Source: an uncultured Planctomycetales bacterium
Lineage (GTDB): Bacteria; Omnitrophota; Gorgyraeia; Zapsychrales; JANLHA01
Reading direction: 5' to 3'
Length of the DNA: 64,000 bases
NCBI GenBank assembly: GCA_964489065.1
Contig: CAZAXH010000003.1
Location: 63,104 to 127,103 of the forward strand
The position numbers were made by a program, and so were the translations under genes. Below the pieces are notes generated by a model. It saw only the letters and a program-made list of their open reading frames with translations. It did not search any database and was not told the origin of the DNA. Below are positions 1 through 9,400 of the stretch, piece by piece (positions within the stretch are counted from its first letter, which is position 1; each line of letters begins with the position of its first letter).

Positions 1-3000
1 CTGTTCCGGACAGCTTTTCCTCTACCAGCGTCATAAAACTAACCAAAGCATCCACATCTTCTGCCGATTCCACGTCAGCTTCCATTTCGATAGTAAGCAA
101 GGTACCGTCCGCTTCTATGTCGCCTTTTTCCTTCGCCTCTTCTATTTTGGCAACCAATTCTGTCGCCTCTTTTTCGGGATCAAAATCCTCTCCAATCGTT
201 TTTCTTTTTATTTGGATGTAATTCTTCCCAAGAAAAGACCCATCTCTGGCAATGGGACGGAAGGTAAAACCAAGAAAATCCCGGTAAAATTTTATATATC
301 CAGAATCGTGTGAAATTGCGGACGCTACATATTCAAAACTGCCCTTAAAATTCGTGATTGCCGACATCGCCGCCACTTGGGAAAAATTATCTACCCAGAA
401 ACCGACCCGGTTATCTTCCGCCATAATCAAAAACTGCAACCCCACTTCCTGGGCTATGTCTTCATCTGTTTTCTCTGCATCTTCTTTCAGGTCATCCGGA
501 ATTGCCATACTGTCATCCCAACCCCAAGCATACCACTCCTCCGGAGCATTATATCCACCCATTTGCTCTTTTGCTTCTTCTCTTTTTTCTTCAAGCTCTT
601 CTCTTTTTTCCTGGGCCTTCAACACAGTATCTAAAGTAATGCCACCCATTTTTTGCATGGACTCAACATAGGTGCCAAATGAAGACAAGTTAGCAAACTT
701 TCCGCCAGTGGGGGCTGTTCCAACCCAGTCGCCTACTAAATTAGAAGCAAACTCCTGAAAAGCATTCCCTGTTACATTTAAGAAAATAGATCCTATGTCT
801 ACTTTTTTCGTCCCATCAGTCTTACCACCCGCTTTTTGTTGTTCCTCATAAGCTTTTGTCCCAATGGGTGCCAAATCGGAAGTTTTGAACATCCCGGCTA
901 TCGAGGCGAAAATACCTTCCGTAAGAACAGACCCCAAGAAAATTAAACTACATGTCCAAAATTGCTTGGCCCGCTCGTCCTTGTCACGTGTTTTCCCATC
1001 CGCCCCTTCGGCTTCTGAAAAATCTTCTTTACCAAAAAGAGCAAGGGCCAACAACATAGAAACTAGCGTTTGAACCGCACCCCGCCAAATCGTTCCCAAA
1101 AAAGATCCCTGAACAAACGCTTTTTCAAAAGTCCCATCACCATCATTATCAATCATGGTGACATTATGCGTTCCAGAATAATAATTTGTTACTGTTTGCC
1201 CTTCTTCGGTTGTAGTTGTAGTAGATTTTATATTCTCTTTCGTTCCAACATTTTTATAAGTATATATATCGTTTCCTTCTTCATCTTTTTCTTTCTTAAC
1301 ATCATACGTTGTTCCCCACGTGTCTCCATAAGCAATCACGTTAAACAGCGTCATCCCAATTAAAGACCCAAAATTGCCAAGAATTTGAGACATCATTGAG
1401 CTAGGGTCAAATTTATCCTTAAATATATACCTTAATATATAGCTTCCTAATCCCCCGGCCAACCGCTGCAGAGCCATCATGCCCATGTCTGCCAGGTTTA
1501 GCTTAAAAGAACTATAGCTATTCATTGCGTCTGCTTTAACTTGCGCAATCTGATCACCCGTAAGAGGTCCTTTACCATCAGCTTTTGCCTGAATTTGCGC
1601 TTTTTCAACCTGCTGATTAGCATATTGTTGCTTTGACGCCTCCGAGTCATCTTTCATACCCAGCATTTCACGCCAACCCAAACCTTCACTATCACCGTCA
1701 GCCGCGTCTTTAAACAATGCGTCTGCCGCCGCGTCCAACCCCATAGCAACAACACCCACGGCAATATCCGCAGCCAAAGAAGAAATCAAACCAACTAATA
1801 CTGACTTCAAAATCTCACTATCTATATCCAAATGCTCTTCTAAAAATTCAGCAATTTTAACTTGCACATAAGCTTTGATCATCCCGACTGTAAAGCCTTT
1901 AGCAAAAGCCTTAGCAATATCCCACAACCGCTGAGACACTGTCATGCTCGTTGTGGAAGTAGTACTCGTTGCCGTAGTTGCGGCACCGCCGCCAAACATC
2001 TTATTAAAAAACCCTTTAATCCCATTCCATATATTTTGAAGTTTTGTTATCAAACTTTGCCAAGCGCTTTGAACCCCTTCACCAAACCCACCATACCCGG
2101 CAATTAAACCTCCTGCGGCTCCAATTAAACCGCCAATAAGCGCTGCTTTAGTAGCATCTTTTCCCGTCATCTTCGCAACCGCCCACCCGAGAGCCGCACC
2201 AACAGCCGCACCAACAGCCGCATTTTGTAAAGCTGTGCTGAGAGAATTTGTAGCGGTCGAACTGGCGGTAGATTCTAAGGCGGTTTTACCGCCTCCAGCA
2301 GCAGCCTCTCCCGCGGCGTTTCCTGCCTCCGAGCCGATCCCTGCCATATAATTCAAACCTACGGAAACAGCAATTGTAATAGCTGTGCTTAAAATAAACG
2401 CATTGCTTTCACAATCGTCCCCGCCGTCATTCACACAATTAACATAATACGCTTCCCCTACGGCAGAACCAAAAGTTGAAGAAGCCAAAGAAATAATAAC
2501 TCCCAGAGGGCCACCCATAATATAAGCAATAACAATTTGGACGACCATAGAAATTACAGCCGCAAAAACGTCCGCTCCCGACAACAATCCAGGCAAGTCA
2601 TCTGATCTGTCAACCCATTTATTCCCCCACACAAACGCCTTCATGGCGTCTGATATGGGTTCATATTCCATATTTTCCTGCCGGTCCAAATTAACAGCCA
2701 ACACAAAACCGCTTATCTTTTCTTTAAATTCGTTGCGCGGCATGGATTGTTGTTTGCCTATATCAGAGAAGTAAACATTTTCCGCATCAACAGATGTAAC
2801 GGTAACAAAATGTTCAGAACCAAAATTCGCAATAAAAGGCGTATTTAAATAAAGAATATCTTGGGTGTCAACCTTGACAGCCTGAACATTCAGCCCATAC
2901 CCGCGGGCGACTTCTTCAATTGCAAAAAGTGAAGTCTTTAAAAATTTCTCTCCTGGTTCCACAATATTATTCAATAAATCTACAGAAAGAGTTGCTACCG

Positions 3001-3580
3001 CAACCTCAGCCAAGGAAGATGGAATTTTACTATACTCAAGAACATCTTTTAAAGCATAAACCCCGCAGTTAAACGGATGAATGTTTGGATCGCTCACCCA
3101 CGCCTTAACAGAATGGACATAATCCGGGGTAATTTTTCTTTTTGCGGAAATTAAAACACTATTTTCTTTAGAAACAGGACCCGAATCTCCCGAAGACAAA
3201 CCAAGCTTAATTTGGGCATTTTCTTTATTTTCAATTTGTTCCAAAAGATTAGCAACGCCAGAAGAAATCTGCGTCGCCATAATTTCTTCTTGAGAAATTT
3301 GAGGAGACTGCGAATCCAACGTCATTACTTGAACAGGAGCAGAAGTTGTTCCCCAAAGAACAGCAGGATTATAGTTAAAAGCCCAACTAACCTGCTCCGG
3401 GAGGAAAATTAAAACAACAAGAAGGGCTACCGTACGAATCCAAGACTTGAAACGACTCTTAAAAACTTCTTCTTTATATTCATTTTGGACAATATTTTTA
3501 GATGCAGCGCCTAACCCATTCTCTAATAATGCATTAGAGACAGTTCTGGCACCAAATTTTTTGTCCAATCTAAAATTCAT
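1..3580 (-). CDS. Giant membrane protein, partial (C-terminus lies beyond the window start): N-terminal signal/TM helix, papain-like peptidase C39-like domain, then a long Gly/Ala/Thr-rich polytopic region
   Basis: Minus-strand frame is open from the ATG at 3578-3580 to position 1; the ORF track lists no minus ORF here, consistent with a frame running off the edge. Hand translation: MNFRLDKKFGARTVSNALLENGLGAASKNIVQNEYKEEVFKSRFKSWIRTVALLVVLIFLPEQVSWAFNYNPA; Cys motif HPFNCGVYALKDVLEY; His/Asp motif EHFVTVTSVDAENVYFSDIGKQQSMPRNEFKEKISGFVLAV, matching the C39 CG..L / HFVV..DP pattern. Downstream region is Gly/Ala-rich with many hydrophobic helices (hand translation, unverified in detail). Confidence 0.55.
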   Translation of the reverse strand, partial: MNFRLDKKFGARTVSNALLENGLGAASKNIVQNEYKEEVFKSRFKSWIRTVALLVVLIFLPEQVSWAFNYNPAVLWGTTSAPVQVMTLDSQSPQISQEEIMATQISSGVANLLEQIENKENAQIKLGLSSGDSGPVSKENSVLISAKRKITPDYVHSVKAWVSDPNIHPFNCGVYALKDVLEYSKIPSSLAEVAVATLSVDLLNNIVEPGEKFLKTSLFAIEEVARGYGLNVQAVKVDTQDILYLNTPFIANFGSEHFVTVTSVDAENVYFSDIGKQQSMPRNEFKEKISGFVLAVNLDRQENMEYEPISDAMKAFVWGNKWVDRSDDLPGLLSGADVFAAVISMVVQIVIAYIMGGPLGVIISLASSTFGSAVGEAYYVNCVNDGGDDCESNAFILSTAITIAVSVGLNYMAGIGSEAGNAAGEAAAGGGKTALESTASSTATNSLSTALQNAAVGAAVGAALGWAVAKMTGKDATKAALIGGLIGAAGGLIAGYGGFGEGVQSAWQSLITKLQNIWNGIKGFFNKMFGGGAATTATSTTSTTSMTVSQRLWDIAKAFAKGFTVGMIKAYVQVKIAEFLEEHLDIDSEILKSVLVGLISSLAADIAVGVVAMGLDAAADALFKDAADGDSEGLGWREMLGMKDDSEASKQQYANQQVEKAQIQAKADGKGPLTGDQIAQVKADAMNSYSSFKLNLADMGMMALQRLAGGLGSYILRYIFKDKFDPSSMMSQILGNFGSLIGMTLFNVIAYGDTWGTTYDVKKEKDEEGNDIYTYKNVGTKENIKSTTTTTEEGQTVTNYYSGTHNVTMIDNDGDGTFEKAFVQGSFLGTIWRGAVQTLVSMLLALALFGKEDFSEAEGADGKTRDKDERAKQFWTCSLIFLGSVLTEGIFASIAGMFKTSDLAPIGTKAYEEQQKAGGKTDGTKKVDIGSIFLNVTGNAFQEFASNLVGDWVGTAPTGGKFANLSSFGTYVESMQKMGGITLDTVLKAQEKREELEEKREEAKEQMGGYNAPEEWYAWGWDDSMAIPDDLKEDAEKTDEDIAQEVGLQFLIMAEDNRVGFWVDNFSQVAAMSAITNFKGSFEYVASAISHDSGYIKFYRDFLGFTFRPIARDGSFLGKNYIQIKRKTIGEDFDPEKEATELVAKIEEAKEKGDIEADGTLLTIEMEADVESAEDVDALVSFMTLVEEKLSGT

Positions 3581-3844
3581 ATATTTTTCTAAAAATTAAC
3601 CAGCTTATTAAAGAAACCGTGGGCTAACTGGTGCCCGTGAATGCAAGTGGAAGGAATATTTTGAAGCATACTGAAAGAAAGCAACCAAAAATTATTTATT
3701 TTCTTACTGTGTCCTCCTGTTTTTCTAAAAATTTCTGTCATTTTTCTTTCCCAAAAACAAAAAACTACCAAGTGGTCTCTTGGTAGCCCAATAATTTACT
3801 TGAATGCTCTGAAGAGTTTAAGCAATGAAAATAATAACATTATT

Positions 3845-3930
3845 TTGTTGGCCCTCTTTCAGGAGATTCTTATAAGGCAACCTTTTACCACCTGCCCTAT
3901 AAGTATAGCATTATTATAGAGGGGCAACAA
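3845..3930. repeat. Long imperfect inverted repeat (about 86 nt): outer arms TTGTTGGCCCTCT / AGAGGGGCAACAA, inner arms CTTATAAGG / CCCTATAAG; lies in the 640-bp AT-rich gap between tadC and the giant gene
   Basis: Direct reading: outer arms 13 nt with 1 mismatch, inner arms 9 nt with 1 mismatch; the element sits about 265 nt upstream of the giant-gene start codon. Confidence 0.4.
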
Positions 3931-4224
3931 TGAATATGCAAATTTTTTTTAAAAAAAATGTTGTTTATTTACAACAGGTTACGCGCCAAAAGAAATATTT
4001 TTTAAAATTGTCTTTGAGGATTTTTTGAAAAAACGAGGAAATCGCTTTCTTATTTTTTATAATTTTCACAAAAACTATATTCAGTTCACCTCTTGCACTA
4101 CAGAATGGACAAATGCAGAGTGGACATTTTGTTGTTATTAAAATTTTGGCAAAAAACATGCAATAAGAATATTTTTTGATATTTGATCAAAAATATTCTT
4201 ATTTATAAACCCTGTCTATTGATT

Positions 4225-5112
4225 TTATTTTCCACCCAACTCGGACAACGGATTTTCTTCAATAAACTGAAGAAATATCGGTCCGGCAACAAGAATTCCG
4301 ACAACAGGAAAAATAAAGAACAAAAGCGGCACAAGCAATTTCATAGGAGCCTTCATCGCCATTTGTTCTCCTCTGCGGAACCTGGCAAGACGCATATCTT
4401 CAGACAAAAGATTTAAGGCCTCAGAAACCGAAGTCCCCATTTTGTCTGCCTGAAGAAGCGTTCTAGAGAAAGAAGAAACTTCCGGAAGGTCAAATTTTAC
4501 CGCCAAATCTTTTAAGGCATCCCGGCGGGTCTTTCCAACGTTAATTTCCTGAAGAAGAATATTCAACTCATTAATCATAACTGACGGCGTTGACTTCTCA
4601 ACAACCCATTTCAAAGCCAACATAAAGTCCAAACCGGCATTAACACAAAGCCCCAACAAATCAATAGCGTTCGGCAATTCTTTCACAATAACAGCTTTTA
4701 CTTTTTTAATTTTTCCTTTAAGCCAAAATTCCGGCATCATATAACCAATGGAAAGGCTCATAAAAAGCCAAAAAAGAATCATGTCCGGCTGAATCATTTG
4801 AAAAGTTAATAAAAGCACCAACATGATTCCGACTTCCTTCATTAAAAAAAACTCTTCCGGGGTTATATTCACATGCGCCACAGACAAATCTTTGGAAATT
4901 CTTTTCCGCAGCCCCCCTGAACACAATGGTTTATTAAACATGGCTAAGGCTCGCAATATGGACGTAGCGCTTTTTTTCTTCTTTGCCGGAGCTACTTCAT
5001 ATCCAAAAGCTTTCAATGTCGGCCTACTCTCCATTTCCACAGGAAAAAGCCCAACAACAAAACTAAATCCCGCCAAAAAACACATCGTTAAAATAAATGT
5101 CAGCATAAACAT
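4225..5112 (-). CDS. tadC: Tad pilus assembly inner-membrane protein TadC-like (T2SS F-domain family)
   Basis: 295 aa, polytopic; GspF/TadC-like stretch LGLCVNAGLDFMLALKWVVEKS...LLQADKMGTSVSEALNLLSEDMR; located next to the tadB-like gene. Confidence 0.7.
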   Translation of the reverse strand: MFMLTFILTMCFLAGFSFVVGLFPVEMESRPTLKAFGYEVAPAKKKKSATSILRALAMFNKPLCSGGLRKRISKDLSVAHVNITPEEFFLMKEVGIMLVLLLTFQMIQPDMILFWLFMSLSIGYMMPEFWLKGKIKKVKAVIVKELPNAIDLLGLCVNAGLDFMLALKWVVEKSTPSVMINELNILLQEINVGKTRRDALKDLAVKFDLPEVSSFSRTLLQADKMGTSVSEALNLLSEDMRLARFRRGEQMAMKAPMKLLVPLLFFIFPVVGILVAGPIFLQFIEENPLSELGGK

Positions 5113-5144
5113 AATAGAACCCTCTTCTTTAATTAGTCTTTTTA

Positions 5145-5999
5145 TTAAAAATCTTTAAAACTACTAATCTTCCAAATCATAAAGGCCCCTATAATTTCCG
5201 AAAAAACCGCATAAACAAGCATCCCTCTTCCTATCGTGGATTTAAACATATGATCAAAAAAGGTCGGATTTGTCCCATAAATAATCATAAAAAACATAAC
5301 GGGCAGAGCCGACATAACAACGCCTTGTATCTTCCCCTGAACAGTCAACGTATCTATCTGGGATTTGATTCTTTTTTGTTCACGAATAACATTCACAATA
5401 CGCTGAAAAATGCTGGGCAAGTTTCCTCCTGTTTCCCTGGCCAACAAAATAGCCGTTGTCATCTGCTGGACAGCAGGAGAAGGTTGCCGATTATAAAGGT
5501 GATTCAGGGCTTCGTCCAAAGAAACCCCCATATTATTTTCCCCTAAAACAATCGAAAATTCCTGATTTATAGGATCTGGCATTTCTTCCACAACCGCTTC
5601 CATAGCTTGAACCAAACTCAATCCTCCGCGGAAGGAACTGGACATAATCATAAGGGCATCTATCAACTGGTCATCGAATTTCCTCCTGTTTTGCCCTATA
5701 AGAAGGTTATTATAAACCCCAGGAAAAATTAAACCAAAAACCAAGCCGATTCCTATGCCAAAAAGCCGCAAGTCTTCCGGGAAAAACATATAACAGCCCC
5801 CGCCAAAAACAATAGGAGCGATAACATAAAATCGGGTAATTTTTTCGACTTTGGACCGAGGCAAAACCCTGTCCAACCGGGAAGAAAGCTTGTGCGCCCG
5901 TTTCTGTCCGACCTCCACCGATTTGTTATAAATCAATGGAATAACAAAATAGCCAAACATTGTGGCCGATATAAATATACAAAATAGAGAAACATACAT
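5145..5999 (-). CDS. tadB: Tad pilus assembly inner-membrane protein TadB-like (T2SS F-domain family)
   Basis: 284 aa, TM helices; GspF-like motifs DDQLIDALMIMSSSFRGGLSLVQAMEAV...ARETGGNLPSIFQRI. Confidence 0.7.
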   Translation of the reverse strand: MYVSLFCIFISATMFGYFVIPLIYNKSVEVGQKRAHKLSSRLDRVLPRSKVEKITRFYVIAPIVFGGGCYMFFPEDLRLFGIGIGLVFGLIFPGVYNNLLIGQNRRKFDDQLIDALMIMSSSFRGGLSLVQAMEAVVEEMPDPINQEFSIVLGENNMGVSLDEALNHLYNRQPSPAVQQMTTAILLARETGGNLPSIFQRIVNVIREQKRIKSQIDTLTVQGKIQGVVMSALPVMFFMIIYGTNPTFFDHMFKSTIGRGMLVYAVFSEIIGAFMIWKISSFKDF

Positions 6000-6023
6000 T
6001 ACCGAACCCCCTTCTTATCCCAG

Positions 6024-6464
6024 CTAATAATCAATAAGCTCTCTGCCTACATCCCTACAACGCGCCCCTGCTGCGGTTGATTCACTGCATCCTTCCAAAC
6101 ACTGCAGACACTGCGTGATGTACCCTGTTGTTCCTGGCGGCAGAGTACAGTCGCATGGCGCCGCATCGTAACAATCGCGTGAAATCCACCGGTTAATTAA
6201 CGTACACGGCCGTGTCGGGCCTGTTCCCGAGGTGCAATGCGTGGCATCAAAAAAACACTCTAACGTCCCGCCTCCGTCTCCATAATTCCCAAAAGGCCGG
6301 GGATCATACTGACGTCCCGCGCCAAAAGAATCTCCGGCCTTTTTCCAACTGCCATAATAAGCCCTTAAAATATAACCTTGAAAAACAAATAAGCTAGAAA
6401 GAAGAAAAACAATCAAGGTCATATACTCTAATATAGATTGGGCATGCTTCTTGTGCCGCAACAT
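6024..6464 (-). CDS. Cys-rich Flp/TadE-family prepilin-like protein (146 aa)
   Basis: N-terminus MLRHKKHAQSILEYMTLIVFLLSSLFVF has a class-III (Flp-type) signal, but with Ala rather than Gly before QSILEY; C-terminal part contains 10 Cys. Confidence 0.5.
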   Translation of the reverse strand: MLRHKKHAQSILEYMTLIVFLLSSLFVFQGYILRAYYGSWKKAGDSFGAGRQYDPRPFGNYGDGGGTLECFFDATHCTSGTGPTRPCTLINRWISRDCYDAAPCDCTLPPGTTGYITQCLQCLEGCSESTAAGARCRDVGRELIDY

Positions 6465-6496
6465 GTTTTTCCTTTTAAAACAAACAGTTACAATGC

Positions 6497-9400
6497 TTAG
6501 TTCAGCCCATTAAGAAAATTTTCGTCACACTCCACAAAACGAACCCGAAAGCCTTTATCTCCGCTATAGCCGGAACCGCCTCCCAAAAAATATTGCGCGC
6601 AGGTTGCCGTTGAATATCCGTATCTTAATAAACTTTCATGAATAAAATTCCAGCAATCCAAATACTCCGCCGAACCTCTCGGAGGCGTGGCGCTGGCTGT
6701 GGGTGTTTGGTTAATCATAAACGCATTTCTCCACCCCCATTCCCAGGTTTGGGCCGCGATATTGGGGTCAATCATAATAGCGCAAGTGACCTCCAAATCC
6801 GTCGGGTCCTGATCTGACCCTTCCGGATGATAATATTGCGGTTTCCATAAAAGGGTGCCATCCGGAAAACGTATTTTACTACCAACCGTGTCTTCATCAT
6901 AACGGATCACCCGGGCCTTAACACGGCCTGTCATCTCCTTCAATTCATAACAACGTTTCATCCCCCAACTTTTTGTATAGGTATCAATATACGGCCACCG
7001 ATCTGTTCCACATGCGCTGTTGCACCGCCCGGGAGTTCGCACCTCCACCTTAACAACATGCCAGTCTCCCCGGATTGTATTATAAACATCTTTGGGTTCG
7101 TCCTGCCAAGCATAAATGGCAAAAGACGTGGTGGCCGGAGGATAAATATTCCCCCAAGATTTACAGGCGTCAATAAGACCTTGAGCCGGACCGGAAAGAA
7201 AAGCATCAATATGGCTAAGCCCGTTCCATAATATATTTCTTATCTGAATCGCTTCTTCCTCGCGTCCTGCGAGCATTTCCCAACGCTTTGCCATTTTCAT
7301 TGACTGGTTCGCCGCAGCCAAAACACTCTGGTCTAATAAGTCTTTCCATTCTCCGGGGTCGGTTTCACCGCACGACCCAATGTTAGTATCCAATGCTGTT
7401 TCAATGGCATCAAAGAACGGGGTTGCGCCGACGCCGCAAAGCTGGCCACAGGTCCCCAAAAGATCTGTCGGCAACCCATACCAGGTACAAGAACAATTCA
7501 ATGCGTCGGATAAAACCGTGGGGCTGTCACAATCAATAGTTGTTGCCTGATCCCGGCATTGGTTCGGGAGGTTTAACGTTGGGTTAGCATTGCAAAAAGC
7601 ATACATAGCTCTTAAATTTGTTAACAGAGATGTATCTGGGGCAGGCAAAGTGGCGTTGTCAGATGTGGGAACAAAAGCAGGAATCCCGTACCCGCCAGGC
7701 AACGAAGAACAATCATCATTGCAGGTTGGAATAGACTCTGTACCCAAGCACAAAGTTAACGCGATCAAATCCGCCTCGGGCATAGGAATCGTGAACCGTA
7801 AGGCATCAAACCCAGGGACAAGCGACCTGGGCAATATCGCGCAACTGTGGCCGGAATTCATAGGATCGTTGTCACAATCCCACTTACACGCATCAAATTT
7901 CTCAAAATTTCCCACCGCCTGGGAACCAGTTACAGGATAAATAATCGGATTCCCGGATGCATCCTGCGCCAGATCATGAAGATTCCATTCCAGACAAGCA
8001 ATAACATCCTCTAAGTCGCCCCGGCCATCCCCGCTAACATCAAAAGACGCCTGTTCTTCCTGGCTTACCCCGGGACACTCCAAACCGTTATATCCTGACT
8101 GAAAACCCAGATATGCGGGATCCGCATATTTATTAGCAGCAACCTGCGGGGGCGGAACACACCAAACCGCCGGGTCAACCGCCGCACTATTGATAAAACA
8201 CCCGGAACCAACATAAAGATCCGCGTCGGGAGGATTCAGCCAGGCCCCAATTGGAATATAAAAAGAAGCCAAATCTTCGCGCCAAATATACCAGTATCCG
8301 CCATCCACATCCCCGGTGCAGCTCCCCGGACAATCCGCAGCATTCCCGCTCGGGCACGGCGTTTCAATCCAGGTCGCGGCTTCCTCGTACCACTCATCGA
8401 AATGGGATTCCAGGTAGTCCTTATCTTTATCCATAACTCCCGTCGCCCACTCATAAAATTCCGGCAACCCATAAATAAATTCATCTAATTTATCATCGGG
8501 CCAATTTGTGGACACATATTCAAAATTATTTGCTGCCTGCGTCCTGTCTATGGGCGGCGTCGGCGGTAAGGCCCCGCCTGTCCCGCAATCACAATCAATC
8601 GGCCAGGTTGTCCCTGTTTCTGGGTCCACTTCCACGCAAGGAGGAGATCCTCCGGGAGGGGCGCCGGCTTTTCTGCATTCGGCCATATAAGGCCATTCAT
8701 CCGGCGGATCACAGAATTGATCGCCACCTCTTTTCCAACCGCCTTCATCCTGCGCGCAAACAGCGTCGTCGGCCAAAATAGCATCAATGTTCGGCACCAA
8801 ATCCAGTAGCTGCGGTGGATCTCCGTCCGCCCCGGTGTTTGCGGCATCCACACACCAACCGCCGCTATACAAGGCATTATCTGGCGTCTCAGGAAGCTCA
8901 AGCGCGGTGCCAATCTCCGCCGGATAAGAAGTTATTCCGGCACAAACAGCCGGGACTGTTCCTGCGGCAACACCATCCACATCACATAAATGACACTCCA
9001 AATTGTCCCGGGCCGGGTGAATATCAGGAGGATCAGGAAGCAACGCGCCATAAGTTAACGACTGTAAATCCATGCCCCAATCCGCCAATTTATAAAAAAA
9101 CGGAAAAATACCAGGCTTATCGTCGGCAGAATAATAACCGGTTGCGTCTTCCATATAGAAATCATATTCCAAAGCGCCGGAACGGATCAGCTGAGAGTGG
9201 TCCAGGGTCGCCCCGGTGCCATCAATCAAATAATTCCAATTCGGCCTGGCTGGATTAACTGCATATTGATGATGTTCGTCGTCAAAACCAAACCATTCAC
9301 GAAATGAAATGTTGGCCGGATCCCAAGCGCCGGCATTTTTATTATTCGTGGAATCTTCGTTCATCCCTCTAAAAATATACGGATAAGACAACAAAGCATT

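Noticed and set aside
1-3580. Idea that the C39-like domain replaces the TadV prepilin peptidase for Flp processing
   Set aside because: Flp leaders here end in single Gly/Ala before QxxxEY, not the double-Gly leader that C39 enzymes recognise; A24 peptidases are aspartic proteases; treated only as an open question
3943-3960. T8A8 tract (ttttttttaaaaaaaa)
   Set aside because: Simple AT homopolymer palindrome in AT-rich intergenic DNA; by itself not evidence of function
3965-4159. 64-aa minus ORF with a CPLCICPFC motif in the tadC-giant gene gap
   Set aside because: AT-rich low-complexity translation, no RBS recognised; possibly real but not supportable
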